Source: Gemmata obscuriglobus
Lineage (GTDB): Bacteria; Planctomycetota; Planctomycetia; Gemmatales; Gemmataceae
Direction: 5' to 3'
Assembly (NCBI RefSeq): GCF_008065095.1
Contig: NZ_CP042911.1
Coordinates: 8,640,001 to 8,672,000 of the forward strand
Length of the DNA stretch: 32,000 bases
In this document: positions 16,342 through 24,910 of the stretch, in pieces
Layout: each line of letters opens with the position of its first letter
Numbering within the stretch: position 1 is the first letter of the stretch
The notes under the pieces: generated by a model
The model's input: only the letters and a program-made list of their open reading frames with translations
The model's database searches: none
What the model was told of the DNA's origin: nothing
Program-made: the position numbers and the translations under genes

Positions 16342-17268
16342 TCACTCCAGCCCCATTTGGTGCAGTTCGGCGGCCCGCTGCTCGATCAGGTCGCGCATCG
16401 CCAGCTTCGCACGCCACTCCGCCGGGATGCCGTCGGCGCCGTAGTATGCGCCCGCGATCTGCCCGTACACGGCGCCCGTTGTGTCCGCGTCCTCGCCGAG
16501 GTTCACCACCTTCAGCGCGCCGTCGCGGAAGGTGTCGGTGCCGTGGAACGCCCACAGCGCCGCCTCGAGTGTATGAATCACGTACCCGCTGCCGCGGATC
16601 TGCGGCGGCTCCTTCACCGCGAACGACCCGCCGGCGATCTGCGCGACCTTGCCCGTCAGCGGGCTGCGGAGGAAGTGCGCCAGCGCCGGCTCGTGGTTGT
16701 TGTTCAGGATCTGTGCCTTCGGCATCCCGCTGACGGCCGCGAGCAGCAGGCCCGCGAAGTAGCGGCACGCCTCGACGCACTCGGCAGCAGCGTGTGTGGT
16801 GCGCGAACTCTCTCCGGCGAGGTGAATCGCCTTCTCGGCATCGCGGGCGAACGCCAGCGGCACCGGCGCCAGCCGCATCAGCGACCCGTTCCCAGCCGCG
16901 TTCGGGCTGGGATCGCCACAAAACGGGTGCGGGTTACGCTTGAACAGCGCCAGCGCGCCGCGAGTCGCGTTCCCGATGTCGAAGCACCGCCCCTTGACGC
17001 TCAGGTGCCCGTCGAGCCACCACCGGCAGTACGTTTCGAGCTGGTGAACCGGGTCGAAATCCTGCCGCGTGACGAGGCTTTCTGCCAAGCACAGGGCCAT
17101 TGAGGTGTCGTCGGTCCACTCGCCCGGTTTCAGGTTGAATGGGCCGCCGCCGACCATGTCGGTTAGCGGCTCGAACGAGCCGGGCTGCTCGAACTCCAGA
17201 GTGGTGCCGAGCGCGTCACCGGCGGCCAGCCCGAGCAGGCAGCCGCGGTAGCGGTCGAGAGTTGTCAT
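16342..17268 (-). CDS. ADP-ribosylglycohydrolase family protein
   Basis: RYRGCLLGLAAGDALGTTLEF, GEWTDDTSMALCLAESL and GEDADTTGAVYGQIAGAYYG are the classic family motifs. Confidence 0.85.
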   Translation of the reverse strand: MTTLDRYRGCLLGLAAGDALGTTLEFEQPGSFEPLTDMVGGGPFNLKPGEWTDDTSMALCLAESLVTRQDFDPVHQLETYCRWWLDGHLSVKGRCFDIGNATRGALALFKRNPHPFCGDPSPNAAGNGSLMRLAPVPLAFARDAEKAIHLAGESSRTTHAAAECVEACRYFAGLLLAAVSGMPKAQILNNNHEPALAHFLRSPLTGKVAQIAGGSFAVKEPPQIRGSGYVIHTLEAALWAFHGTDTFRDGALKVVNLGEDADTTGAVYGQIAGAYYGADGIPAEWRAKLAMRDLIEQRAAELHQMGLE

Positions 17269-17329
17269 TGGGCGTTCTCTCGTCAGAGGAGATCGATGCG
17301 CGTCGGCCGCACGGGGCAGCAGACGTGCA

Positions 17330-18472
17330 TCAGTTTAACGGAACGAGCTTCCGCCCCGTGGCCCATTTCTTCTCGGCGGGCGCCTGGCGCACCACCTCGT
17401 TGTACAGCGTGTCGCGCTCGACCGGCACGCGGCCCGCCTCCTCGATCAGCCGCCGCAACTCGCGGACCGTCAGCTCCTGCGGCGAATCGCTCCCGGCGGC
17501 GTGGTAAATCGTCTCGTGGACCACCGTACCGTCGATGTCGTCCGCCCCGTAGCTCTGCGCCACCTGCGCCACCTTCACCGTCAGCATCTGCCAGTACGCC
17601 TTGATATGCGGGAAGTTGTCCAGCATCAGCCGCGCCAGCGCCATCACCTTCAGGTCCATCAGCCCGCTGGGCTTCGGGATGTCCTTGCCGAGCGGGTTGT
17701 TCGTCGGGTGGAAGGCCAGCGGGATGAACGTCTGGAAGCCGCCCGTCACGTCCTGAAGCTCGCGCAGCCGGAGCATGTGGTCGAGGCGGTGCTCCGCGGT
17801 CTCGATGTGCCCGTAGAGCATCGTGGCGTTCGACTTCCCGCCCAGCTCGTGCCACTCGCGGTGGACCCGCAGCCACTGGTCCGCGTCGGCCTTATAGTCG
17901 CAGAGCTTCGAGCGCACCTCGGGGTGGAAGATCTCCGCCCCGCCGCCGGGGAGCGAGCCGAGGCCCGCCTCCTTCATCTCCGCGAGCAGCTCCTTCGTGG
18001 GGCGCTTCGTGATGCGCTCGAACCAGTCCCACTCCACCGCCGTCCACGCCTTCAGGTGCAGGTCCGGGAACTCGCGGTGGATGCTGCGGATGATGTTGAG
18101 GTACCACTCGTACGGCAGCAGGTGGTGCAGCCCGCCGACGATGTGCAACTCGGTAGCCCCCTGGGCGCTCGCCTCGCGGGCGCGCTGGAGGATCTGCTCG
18201 TCGGTCATCACGAAGCCGGACGGCGACTTCAGGTCGGCCCGGAACGAGCAGAACGCGCACCGGTAGACGCACACGTTGGTCGGGTTCAGGTGCTGGTTCA
18301 CGTTGTAATACGTGACGTTGCCGTTCTTCTTCTCGCGGACGAAGTTGGCCAGTTCGCCGAGGGTGAACGGGTCCGCGTTCCGGTCGAGGAACAGTCCGTC
18401 GTCGAACGTGAGTCGCGTGCCCGAATGGACCTTGTCGCGAATGTCGGCGAGCCGGGCTGCGGTCGTGGTCAT
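17330..18472 (-). CDS. mqnE: Radical SAM futalosine-pathway enzyme, aminofutalosine synthase-like (MqnE; MqnC not excluded)
   Basis: Start trimmed to MTTTAARLADIRDKV (ATG 18472, GGAG upstream). NPTNVCVYRCAFCSF radical-SAM cluster motif, GATELHIVGG, NATMLYGHIE, YGADDIDGTVVHETIYHAAG. Confidence 0.65.
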   Translation of the reverse strand: MTTTAARLADIRDKVHSGTRLTFDDGLFLDRNADPFTLGELANFVREKKNGNVTYYNVNQHLNPTNVCVYRCAFCSFRADLKSPSGFVMTDEQILQRAREASAQGATELHIVGGLHHLLPYEWYLNIIRSIHREFPDLHLKAWTAVEWDWFERITKRPTKELLAEMKEAGLGSLPGGGAEIFHPEVRSKLCDYKADADQWLRVHREWHELGGKSNATMLYGHIETAEHRLDHMLRLRELQDVTGGFQTFIPLAFHPTNNPLGKDIPKPSGLMDLKVMALARLMLDNFPHIKAYWQMLTVKVAQVAQSYGADDIDGTVVHETIYHAAGSDSPQELTVRELRRLIEEAGRVPVERDTLYNEVVRQAPAEKKWATGRKLVPLN

Positions 18473-18481
18473 GTGCGCTCC

Positions 18482-18574
18482 GAGTTCCGGGTTCCACGTT
18501 CCGGGCGTCACAAGTCGAGACCCGGGCGGGGCCGGCGCCCGGTCGGAACCTGGAACCCAGAGCCTGGAACGCTC
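18482..18574. repeat. Imperfect heptamer-armed hairpin in the mqnE leader
   Basis: Left arm GAGTTCCGGGTTCCACGTTCCGGG (18482-18505). Right arm GGAACCTGGAACCCAGAGCCTGGAACGCTC (18545-18574). The units GTTCCNN and NNGGAAC are complementary. A nested GC hairpin GACCCGGGCG...CGCCCGGTC lies at 18519-18544. Confidence 0.6.
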
Positions 18575-18730
18575 CACGATGTTTTATCGCTCCCCGCGCT
18601 AACCGCAATCGGCGCCGGAGGGTTAACCCGTATCTCCGGCACGCGATAAGCCCGGAACTCTGGGCGAACTGATTGAACCCGCCGGGTTATGGCGCAGAAT
18701 CGGGTTGGTGCGCGCATTTCAACGCGAACA

Positions 18731-18848
18731 CAGTAGTTCCAAGTTCCAGGTTCCAGGTTCCAAGTTGGTAACGGCTCGGCAAAAGCCCGGGCAATTCGTG
18801 TGCCTCAGCTTTCACGTGGAACTTGGAACCTGGAACTTGGAACGACTG
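18731..18848. mobile_element. 118-bp MITE-like element related to the 1447-2703 IS
   Basis: Left arm CAGTAGTTCCAAGTTCCAGGTTCCAGGTTCCAAGTTGG (18731-18768). Right arm CACGTGGAACTTGGAACCTGGAACTTGGAACGACTG (18813-18848) is its imperfect reverse complement. The termini match the IS TIRs. Flanks are GAACA / AAACA. Confidence 0.6.
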
Positions 18849-18871
18849 AAACAGGCATCACGGAGGCTCTC

Positions 18872-19513
18872 ATGCGCAAGTTGCTACTGGCGGCGGTGCT
18901 CGCGGGCGGTGGGCTGGTGGGTGCGGCGGGCACTGCGGACGCGCAGTACCGCCACCACCGGCCCCACCAGCCGGTGGTCAGCTCGGTGACGTGGCCGTCG
19001 GCGAACCCGCCGGGCTGGTACACCAGCACGTACAAGCACCAGTGGTTCTACCCGTGGTACGCGTACTACGACTTCAGCTACGGCCCGTACGCAAACTGGG
19101 CCGCGAGCGGCGGGTACGCCGGGTACTCGTACCACGGCCCGGCCGGGTACTACAACTACCCGCTCAGCGGGCACACGAGCGGCGACGCCGCGCCGGCCGC
19201 GCCGAGCACACCGGCCGAACAGAAGGACGCGCCGAAGGCCGACCCCGGGACGGCAGCGGCGGAGGTGGCGGTGACCCTGCCGGCCGACGCGAAGCTGCTG
19301 TTCAACGGCGCCCCGGCGGCCGGGACCGGCGCGGTCCGGACGTTCCGCACGCCGGAACTCCAGAAGGGCGTAAGCTACCGGTACGAACTCACCGCGGAGG
19401 TGGCCCGCGACGGGCGCACCGAGCGCGTCACTGAGACGGTGGTGGTGCGGGCGGGTGAAACCGCACAGGTGACCCTCGCGCCGACCGGCATCGCGACCGC
19501 CGGCGCGAAGTGA
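18872..19513 (+). CDS. Secreted TIGR03000-domain (Planctomycete-type) protein
   Basis: Signal peptide MRKLLLAAVLAGGGLVGAAGTADA, a Tyr/Trp/Gly-rich middle, and C-terminal VTLPADAKLLFNGAPAAGTGAVRTFRTPELQKGVSYRYELTAEVARDGRTERVTETVVVRAGE matching the recalled TIGR03000 pattern. GGAGG lies 6 nt upstream of the ATG. Confidence 0.75.
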   Translation: MRKLLLAAVLAGGGLVGAAGTADAQYRHHRPHQPVVSSVTWPSANPPGWYTSTYKHQWFYPWYAYYDFSYGPYANWAASGGYAGYSYHGPAGYYNYPLSGHTSGDAAPAAPSTPAEQKDAPKADPGTAAAEVAVTLPADAKLLFNGAPAAGTGAVRTFRTPELQKGVSYRYELTAEVARDGRTERVTETVVVRAGETAQVTLAPTGIATAGAK

Positions 19514-19545
19514 CCCCGGCGCGGCGGTAACGGATCAGCGGCGTT

Positions 19546-19571
19546 CCCCGGTTCGCGCGAACGAACCGGGG
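19546..19571 (+). terminator. Hairpin between the TIGR03000 gene and the glycosyltransferase gene
   Basis: 10-bp stem CCCCGGTTCG (19546-19555) / CGAACCGGGG (19562-19571) with a 6-nt loop. No U-tract, so function is uncertain. Confidence 0.3.
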
Positions 19572-19576
19572 GCGCG

Positions 19577-20770
19577 ATGGGGATTTCAATGCGCTTGCTG
19601 TTCGTTAAAGACTCGCTCTCCTGGCCGCGGTCGAGCGGGCACGACGTTCACTGCTTCCACATGATGCAGGCGCTCACCCGCCTGGGCCACGAAGTCGGCC
19701 TCCTCACCGCGGCCGATCCACTTCCCGAAGCGGTCGCGGGGCTCCCGCTCAGCTTCCAGCGCACGTTCCCCAAGCGGGGCGAACCGGCGGACGGGCCAGT
19801 ACCCAATTACCGCTGGCTCCAGCGCAAGTTCCAGGGCTACTGGGGCATCGACGAGAACCGCGTGCGGTGCGTCGGGCAGTCCGCGCTCGACATGGGCGCC
19901 GACGGCGTGGTCGTGGTGGGGCTGAACGTCCTTCCCTACCTGGGAGCGGTGAAGGGGAAGCTCCGGGTGTGGTACGCGGCCGACGAGTGGGCCTGGCACC
20001 ACACCTCTCAGGTGCGGCTGTTCCAGCGCCACACGTGGGGCGAGTTCAAGCAGGCCCTCGTTAAGGGACTGTACGAGCGCGCGTACCGCTCCATGCTGGA
20101 CCGCGTGTGGGTGGTCACCAACGCCGACCGCCGCGCGATGCGGTTGGTCGCGGGCGTGCGTGGTATCGATGTGGTCCCCAACGGCGTGGACGCCGAACAC
20201 TTCAAGCCGCAGGACGTGCCGCAGCGCGAGCGGAGCTGCACCTTCTGGGGGCGGCTCGATTTCGGCCCCAACGTGCAGGCGCTCGAGTGGTTCTGCGGGA
20301 AGGTGTGGCCGCGGGTCCGCGCCGCCCACCCCGACGCAACGTTCACCGTCTACGGCTTCAGCCCCACCCCGGCGGTGCGGGCGCTCGTGGGGCGCGACGG
20401 CATCGAACTCATTCCCGATTTGCCGGATTTACGCCCCGCGGTGGCGTCGCATCAGGTCGTGGTGTTCCCGTTCGTGAGCGGCGGGGGCATCAAGAACAAG
20501 TTCCTCGAAGCCGCCGCGATGGGCAAGCCCATCGTCTGCTCGTCGGTCGCGCTGAACGGCCTCCGCAGCCCGTCCGAGAGCGGCACGCGACTCGCCAAAT
20601 CGCCGGAAGACTGGGCCGGCGCGCTAAGCGAGCTGTGGTCCGATGCCGGGAAGCGCGCCGCGGCGGGCACGGCCGCCCGCGCGTGGGTGGTCCGGCACCA
20701 CAGTTGGGACACGGCCGCCCGGACCGCGTCTGAAGGATTGGAACAGTCGCTCGCCGTACTGAAGAAGTAA
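19577..20770 (+). CDS. Glycosyltransferase, GT4/GT1-like
   Basis: MRLLFVKDSLSWPRSSGHDVH N-terminal Rossmann start. C-terminal VVVFPFVSGGGIKNKFLEAAAMGKPIVCS is the typical GT-B sugar-donor motif. Confidence 0.8.
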   Translation: MGISMRLLFVKDSLSWPRSSGHDVHCFHMMQALTRLGHEVGLLTAADPLPEAVAGLPLSFQRTFPKRGEPADGPVPNYRWLQRKFQGYWGIDENRVRCVGQSALDMGADGVVVVGLNVLPYLGAVKGKLRVWYAADEWAWHHTSQVRLFQRHTWGEFKQALVKGLYERAYRSMLDRVWVVTNADRRAMRLVAGVRGIDVVPNGVDAEHFKPQDVPQRERSCTFWGRLDFGPNVQALEWFCGKVWPRVRAAHPDATFTVYGFSPTPAVRALVGRDGIELIPDLPDLRPAVASHQVVVFPFVSGGGIKNKFLEAAAMGKPIVCSSVALNGLRSPSESGTRLAKSPEDWAGALSELWSDAGKRAAAGTAARAWVVRHHSWDTAARTASEGLEQSLAVLKK

Positions 20771-20851
20771 GCCGCCTGATTGCATCAGCGGCTCAGTTCG
20801 GTACGATGGGGCCACTTCGACCCGCCCCGCACCCACCGGACGGACCGCGCC

Positions 20852-21940
20852 ATGCCAGCCACGCACCCCACCCGCCGCGACTTCTTCCGCACCACCGCCG
20901 CCGGAGCCGTCGGGTTGACCCTCGCAGCGAGCGCCTCGGGGGGCTCACGCCCCCCGCTCGCCATCGGAAAAGCGAAGTCGTGCATCTTCATCAACATGGT
21001 GGGCGGACCGGCGCACCTCGACACCTTCGACCCCAAGCCGAACGCGCCTTCTGATGTGCGCGGGCCGTTCAGCCCGATTCAAACGAAGGTGCCGGGTCTG
21101 CACCTGAGCGAACTGTTCCCGAAGCTTGCCGCGGTCAGCGATAAGTTCGCGCTGGTGCGGTCGATGCACCACGACGCCCCGCCGGTCCACGAGAGCGGGT
21201 TCCAGTTGCTGAACACCGGCCGGCTGTTCCGCGACGGCCCCGAGTGGCCGAGCGCCGGCGCGGTGGTTTCGCGCCTGACGCACCGCTCGTCCACTGTGAT
21301 TGCCGACGCCGCCCAGATCGACACCGGAATCGCCGTCTCTCACGGGCAGGGGCGAGGATGGATCGAAAACGCCTGGGCGCCCGACGTCGATATTTTCGAA
21401 TGGCCGTCGAGTCTCGGCGAGAAGTTGAACTACGCCACGAAGTTGATCGAAATCGGCTGGCTGTTCGCGACGGTCAACATGTACTCCACCGTCTTTGATG
21501 CCCCTTCCTGGGACTGCCACGCGGACGGCGGATCACTCCGCACCACGCTCGCGGACGTGCGCAACATCGTTGCCCCGAGCTTCGACACCGCCGTTGCGCA
21601 ACTCCTCACCGACCTCGAAGAGCGCGGCCTGCTCGAATCGACACTCGTAGTGGCGACAGGTGAATTCGGGCGCACCCCGAAGCTCAACTCGAACGGCGGG
21701 CGCGACCACTGGGCCGGGTGCTGGACCGCGCTCGTCGCCGGCGGCGGGGTGAAAGGCGGTCAGGTGATCGGCGCCTCCGACGCCACCGGCTGCGAACCCG
21801 CGGAGCGGCCCGTCACGCCGCAAGAACTCGTCAGCACCGTCTTCCATGCGCTCGGCGTTCCTCACAACGCCACGATCCCCGGGCCGGACGGCACATCGGT
21901 GAACGTGTACCCGGGCACGCCGGTCGCGGAACTGTTCTGA
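20852..21940 (+). CDS. DUF1501 domain protein with Tat signal
   Basis: Start trimmed to MPATHPTRRDFFRTTAAGAVGLTL (twin-arginine motif). CIFINMVGGPAHLDTFDPKP and GEFGRTPKLNSNGGRDHWAGCW...GGGVKGGQVIGASD are DUF1501 hallmarks. Confidence 0.8.
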   Translation: MPATHPTRRDFFRTTAAGAVGLTLAASASGGSRPPLAIGKAKSCIFINMVGGPAHLDTFDPKPNAPSDVRGPFSPIQTKVPGLHLSELFPKLAAVSDKFALVRSMHHDAPPVHESGFQLLNTGRLFRDGPEWPSAGAVVSRLTHRSSTVIADAAQIDTGIAVSHGQGRGWIENAWAPDVDIFEWPSSLGEKLNYATKLIEIGWLFATVNMYSTVFDAPSWDCHADGGSLRTTLADVRNIVAPSFDTAVAQLLTDLEERGLLESTLVVATGEFGRTPKLNSNGGRDHWAGCWTALVAGGGVKGGQVIGASDATGCEPAERPVTPQELVSTVFHALGVPHNATIPGPDGTSVNVYPGTPVAELF

Positions 21941-21996
21941 TCGCGAAAGAGCGCACCGCGTCGGTCCTCTCTGGCACACAAAGGCAGGACGTAACT

Positions 21997-24273
21997 GTGT
22001 TCAAGAAACGCCCCCTTCGTGCGCCTTTGTGTCTCCTTTGTGCCCTTGTCGTGAGTTATTCGTCCCGCGGCGCGGAACCGCTACCGAACACGAAGCTCCT
22101 CACCGAAGACGGCAACCTCGCAGAGAAGCAGGTTGCCGGGATGCACAAGTACCTCGATCGTGCCCTCGCCGCGGTGCGGAAGGAGCGCGACGCGGTATGG
22201 AAGGACGCGCTCGTGTCGGAAAAGGCGCTTGCGAAGTCACTGCCCGCTAAGCGGGAGCGACTCAAGAAACTGCTCGGCGTGGTTGATCCGCGTTCCGAGC
22301 CGAACCTCGAGTACGTGAGCGGCCCGGGGCGGCCGTCACTGCTCGCCGAAATCGGCGGGTGCAAGGTTCATGCGGTGCGGTGGGCGGTGCTACCGGGAAT
22401 CGACGCCGAAGGGCTGCTCATTGAGCCGAAGGGCGCCCCGAAAGCGTGTGCCATCGCCGTTCCGCATTCCGACCAAACACCCGAGCAAATCGCAGGGCTC
22501 GCGAAAGGCGATGCGTTCGCGCTTCAACTCGCGCTGAACGGGTGCCGTGTGCTGGTTCCCGTTCTCATCGACCGCAAGGATGACCTGTCGGGCAACCCGA
22601 AGCTGAACCGGCAAACGAACCTCCCGCACCGCGAGTTCGTGTACCGCATGGCCTACGAGATGGGCCGCACGCTCACCGGGTACGAAGTGCAGAAGGTGTT
22701 CGCGGCGGTCGACTGGTTCAAATCGCAGGACGCCAAACTTCCGGTCGGCGTGATTGGCTACGGTGACGGCGGGATGATCGCGCTGTACGCCGGCGCGATC
22801 GACGAGCGTCTCGCGTCTGTTCAACTCGCCGGCTACTTCAACGAGCGCGAGAAACTACACCAAGAGCCGATCGACCGCAACGTGTGGGGGCTGCTCACCG
22901 AGTTCGGCGATGCGGAACTTGGTGCGATGATTCACCCGCGATGGTTCAATCCCGGGCTCCATGACGAGCCCCCCAAGTGGACCGGTCCTGTTTCGTCGAA
23001 ACCCGGACGCGCGGGCGCTGCCCCCGGAACGCTAGGCGAGATGAGGAACGATTTCGTCGAGGGGCACCGATACCGCAGTTTCTTTGATCCGAAGCTCAGG
23101 AATGATGTGGTCATTGAGGGCGGTGGGTTGATTGACCACGGGGTCGACACGAAGTGCTTCCTGAGCGGGTTGGGGATCAAACAATCGGACCGAGTGCCGT
23201 TTCGAACTCCCAAGGTGAAACTGCCGGCCCCCGAACACCGCCACAAGCGGCAGTTCGACCAGCTCGTTTCGTACACGCAGAAGCTCTGGCGCGACTCCGA
23301 AGCCGTGCGCAAATTGTATTGGGCGAAGGCCGATGCCAGTTCACCCGAAGCGTGGGAGAAGTCCTGCGACGCGTACCGCGATTACTTCCACACAGAGGTG
23401 ATCGGGAAGCTGCCCGAACCGACGATGCCGCTGAACCCGCGCACGCGACAGGTGTACGACGAGAAAACCTGGACCGGCTACGAGGTTGTGCTTGATTGCT
23501 ACGAGGACGTGTTCGCGACCGGCATTCTCTTGTTGCCGAAGGATCTGAAGCCGGGCGAGAAGCGGCCGGTGGTGGTGTGCCAGCACGGGCTGGAGGGCAC
23601 GCCGCGCGACACGATCGAGGTGGAGAAGCGGCCCGTTTACAACCACTTTTCGCGGCGGCTCGTGGAGCTGGGCTACATCGTGTACGCCCCACAGAACCCC
23701 TACTACGGCAAGAACACCTTTCGACAGCTCCAGCGCAAAGCGAACCCGCTGAAGCTCTCGCTCTTCAGCTTCATCATTCGGCAGCACCAACGCACGCTCG
23801 ACTGGCTCGAAACGCTGCCCAACGTGGACCCGAATCGCATCGCCTTTTACGGGCTGAGCTACGGCGGCAAAACCGCCATGCGCGTCCCGGCGGTGGAGAA
23901 ACGGTACTGCCTCTCGATCTGCTCCGGCGACTTCAACGAGTGGATCGGGAAGAACGTGTCCGTCGATCTGGACCGCAGCTACATGTGGACCGGCGAGTAC
24001 GAGATGTACGAGTTCGACCTGGGCAACACGTTCAACTATGCCGAGATGGCGTACCTCATCGCCCCGCGGCCGTTCATGGTGGAGCGCGGGCACGACGACG
24101 GCGTGGGCACTGACGAGATGGTTGCCTCCGAGTACGCGAAGGTGCGCTACCTGTACGCCAACCGGCTCAAGATCCCCGCGCGCACCGCCATCGAGTTCTT
24201 CCCGGGCGGGCACCAGATCAACGCGGAGGGCACGTTCGCGTTCCTGAAGAACCACCTCGATTACCCGAAGTAG
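21997..24273 (+). CDS. Secreted protein with two tandem alpha/beta-hydrolase (dienelactone hydrolase/esterase-like) domains
   Basis: GTG 21997 gives VFKKRPLRAPLCLLCALVVSYSSRGAEP, a signal peptide. The second domain has VVVCQHGLEG and the nucleophile elbow GLSYGG (23851-23868). The first domain has the homologous GYGDGG (22756-22773). The ORF upstream of 21997 overlaps DUF1501 and reads as Arg-rich junk. Confidence 0.7.
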   Translation: MFKKRPLRAPLCLLCALVVSYSSRGAEPLPNTKLLTEDGNLAEKQVAGMHKYLDRALAAVRKERDAVWKDALVSEKALAKSLPAKRERLKKLLGVVDPRSEPNLEYVSGPGRPSLLAEIGGCKVHAVRWAVLPGIDAEGLLIEPKGAPKACAIAVPHSDQTPEQIAGLAKGDAFALQLALNGCRVLVPVLIDRKDDLSGNPKLNRQTNLPHREFVYRMAYEMGRTLTGYEVQKVFAAVDWFKSQDAKLPVGVIGYGDGGMIALYAGAIDERLASVQLAGYFNEREKLHQEPIDRNVWGLLTEFGDAELGAMIHPRWFNPGLHDEPPKWTGPVSSKPGRAGAAPGTLGEMRNDFVEGHRYRSFFDPKLRNDVVIEGGGLIDHGVDTKCFLSGLGIKQSDRVPFRTPKVKLPAPEHRHKRQFDQLVSYTQKLWRDSEAVRKLYWAKADASSPEAWEKSCDAYRDYFHTEVIGKLPEPTMPLNPRTRQVYDEKTWTGYEVVLDCYEDVFATGILLLPKDLKPGEKRPVVVCQHGLEGTPRDTIEVEKRPVYNHFSRRLVELGYIVYAPQNPYYGKNTFRQLQRKANPLKLSLFSFIIRQHQRTLDWLETLPNVDPNRIAFYGLSYGGKTAMRVPAVEKRYCLSICSGDFNEWIGKNVSVDLDRSYMWTGEYEMYEFDLGNTFNYAEMAYLIAPRPFMVERGHDDGVGTDEMVASEYAKVRYLYANRLKIPARTAIEFFPGGHQINAEGTFAFLKNHLDYPK

Positions 24274-24641
24274 CTGCCGGTCTCGTACCCGGTGGCATGA
24301 ATCGGTGCGGCATTGCGGTACTGCGCGTCAGGTGTACTTCTCGTATCGTCACTTGCAATAATGCAACCGCTCGCGGAGCGAGCGGACCACACTGAAGACC
24401 AGAAGCGAATTTTTGTCGCGTCTAACCGGACCACACCGAAGGCGCCACATCAACGCCCCGCCGGGCCGACATCGGTGCTTTTGCGGTCAAGCAATTTTTC
24501 GCGCAGACAATGCGAATTGTTTAGGTATTTCGTGAAAAACGCGCGCCGCCCCCTTTACGTGGCAGAACTCGCCGCATACGCACGTCACGCGTGCTACGGT
24601 TGGGCGAGTTCGGAACCCGTTCCGGTGATCGGAGCACCAGC

Positions 24642-24908
24642 GTGCGACTCATCAAGGAAATCTTGCAAATACCCGTCTGCGTGATCGGGCTCGCGTTCGT
24701 CGGGGGCGCGGTGAGCGTTGTTACAACGATCGCCTGCGAAGAGATCGGGCTTGTCCGGTACGCGTCCGCCTGGGATTCGGTGCAGGCGTGGCTCCGCACC
24801 CTGCTCCTCGGCACGACGGTCGGCGGTCTGATCGGTCTCGTTTGGTCCGCCCGCCGGTGCAACTGGCAGCCGGTTCCGGTGCGGGAAGCGGACGATGAGG
24901 TGTGGTGA
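24642..24908 (+). CDS. Small hypothetical membrane protein (about 88 aa, two hydrophobic helices)
   Basis: VRLIKEILQIPVCVIGLAFVGGAVSVVTTIA...LRTLLLGTTVGGLIGLVWSA, with GC-rich third positions. Start uncertain (GTG 24642 or ATG 24591). No recognisable family. Confidence 0.35.
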   Translation: MRLIKEILQIPVCVIGLAFVGGAVSVVTTIACEEIGLVRYASAWDSVQAWLRTLLLGTTVGGLIGLVWSARRCNWQPVPVREADDEVW

Positions 24909-24910
24909 GC

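Noticed and set aside
18731-18848. Heptamer arrays as a possible mini-CRISPR or tandem-repeat locus
   Set aside because: The units are contiguous 7-mers without spacers, only 3-4 per arm, and arranged as inverted arms. This matches a hairpin or MITE, not a CRISPR array.
20852-21940. DUF1501 gene lacking the usual adjacent DUF1549/DUF1553 partner, as a possible anomaly
   Set aside because: The partner may simply be encoded elsewhere. Nothing in the sequence here indicates loss or rearrangement, so I did not raise it as a finding.
21718-21996. N-terminal 93 residues of the 851-aa ORF (MLDRARRRRRGERRSGDRR...)
   Set aside because: This part overlaps the DUF1501 gene in another frame and is Arg-rich junk. 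A GTG at 21997 gives a proper signal peptide, so the CDS was trimmed.
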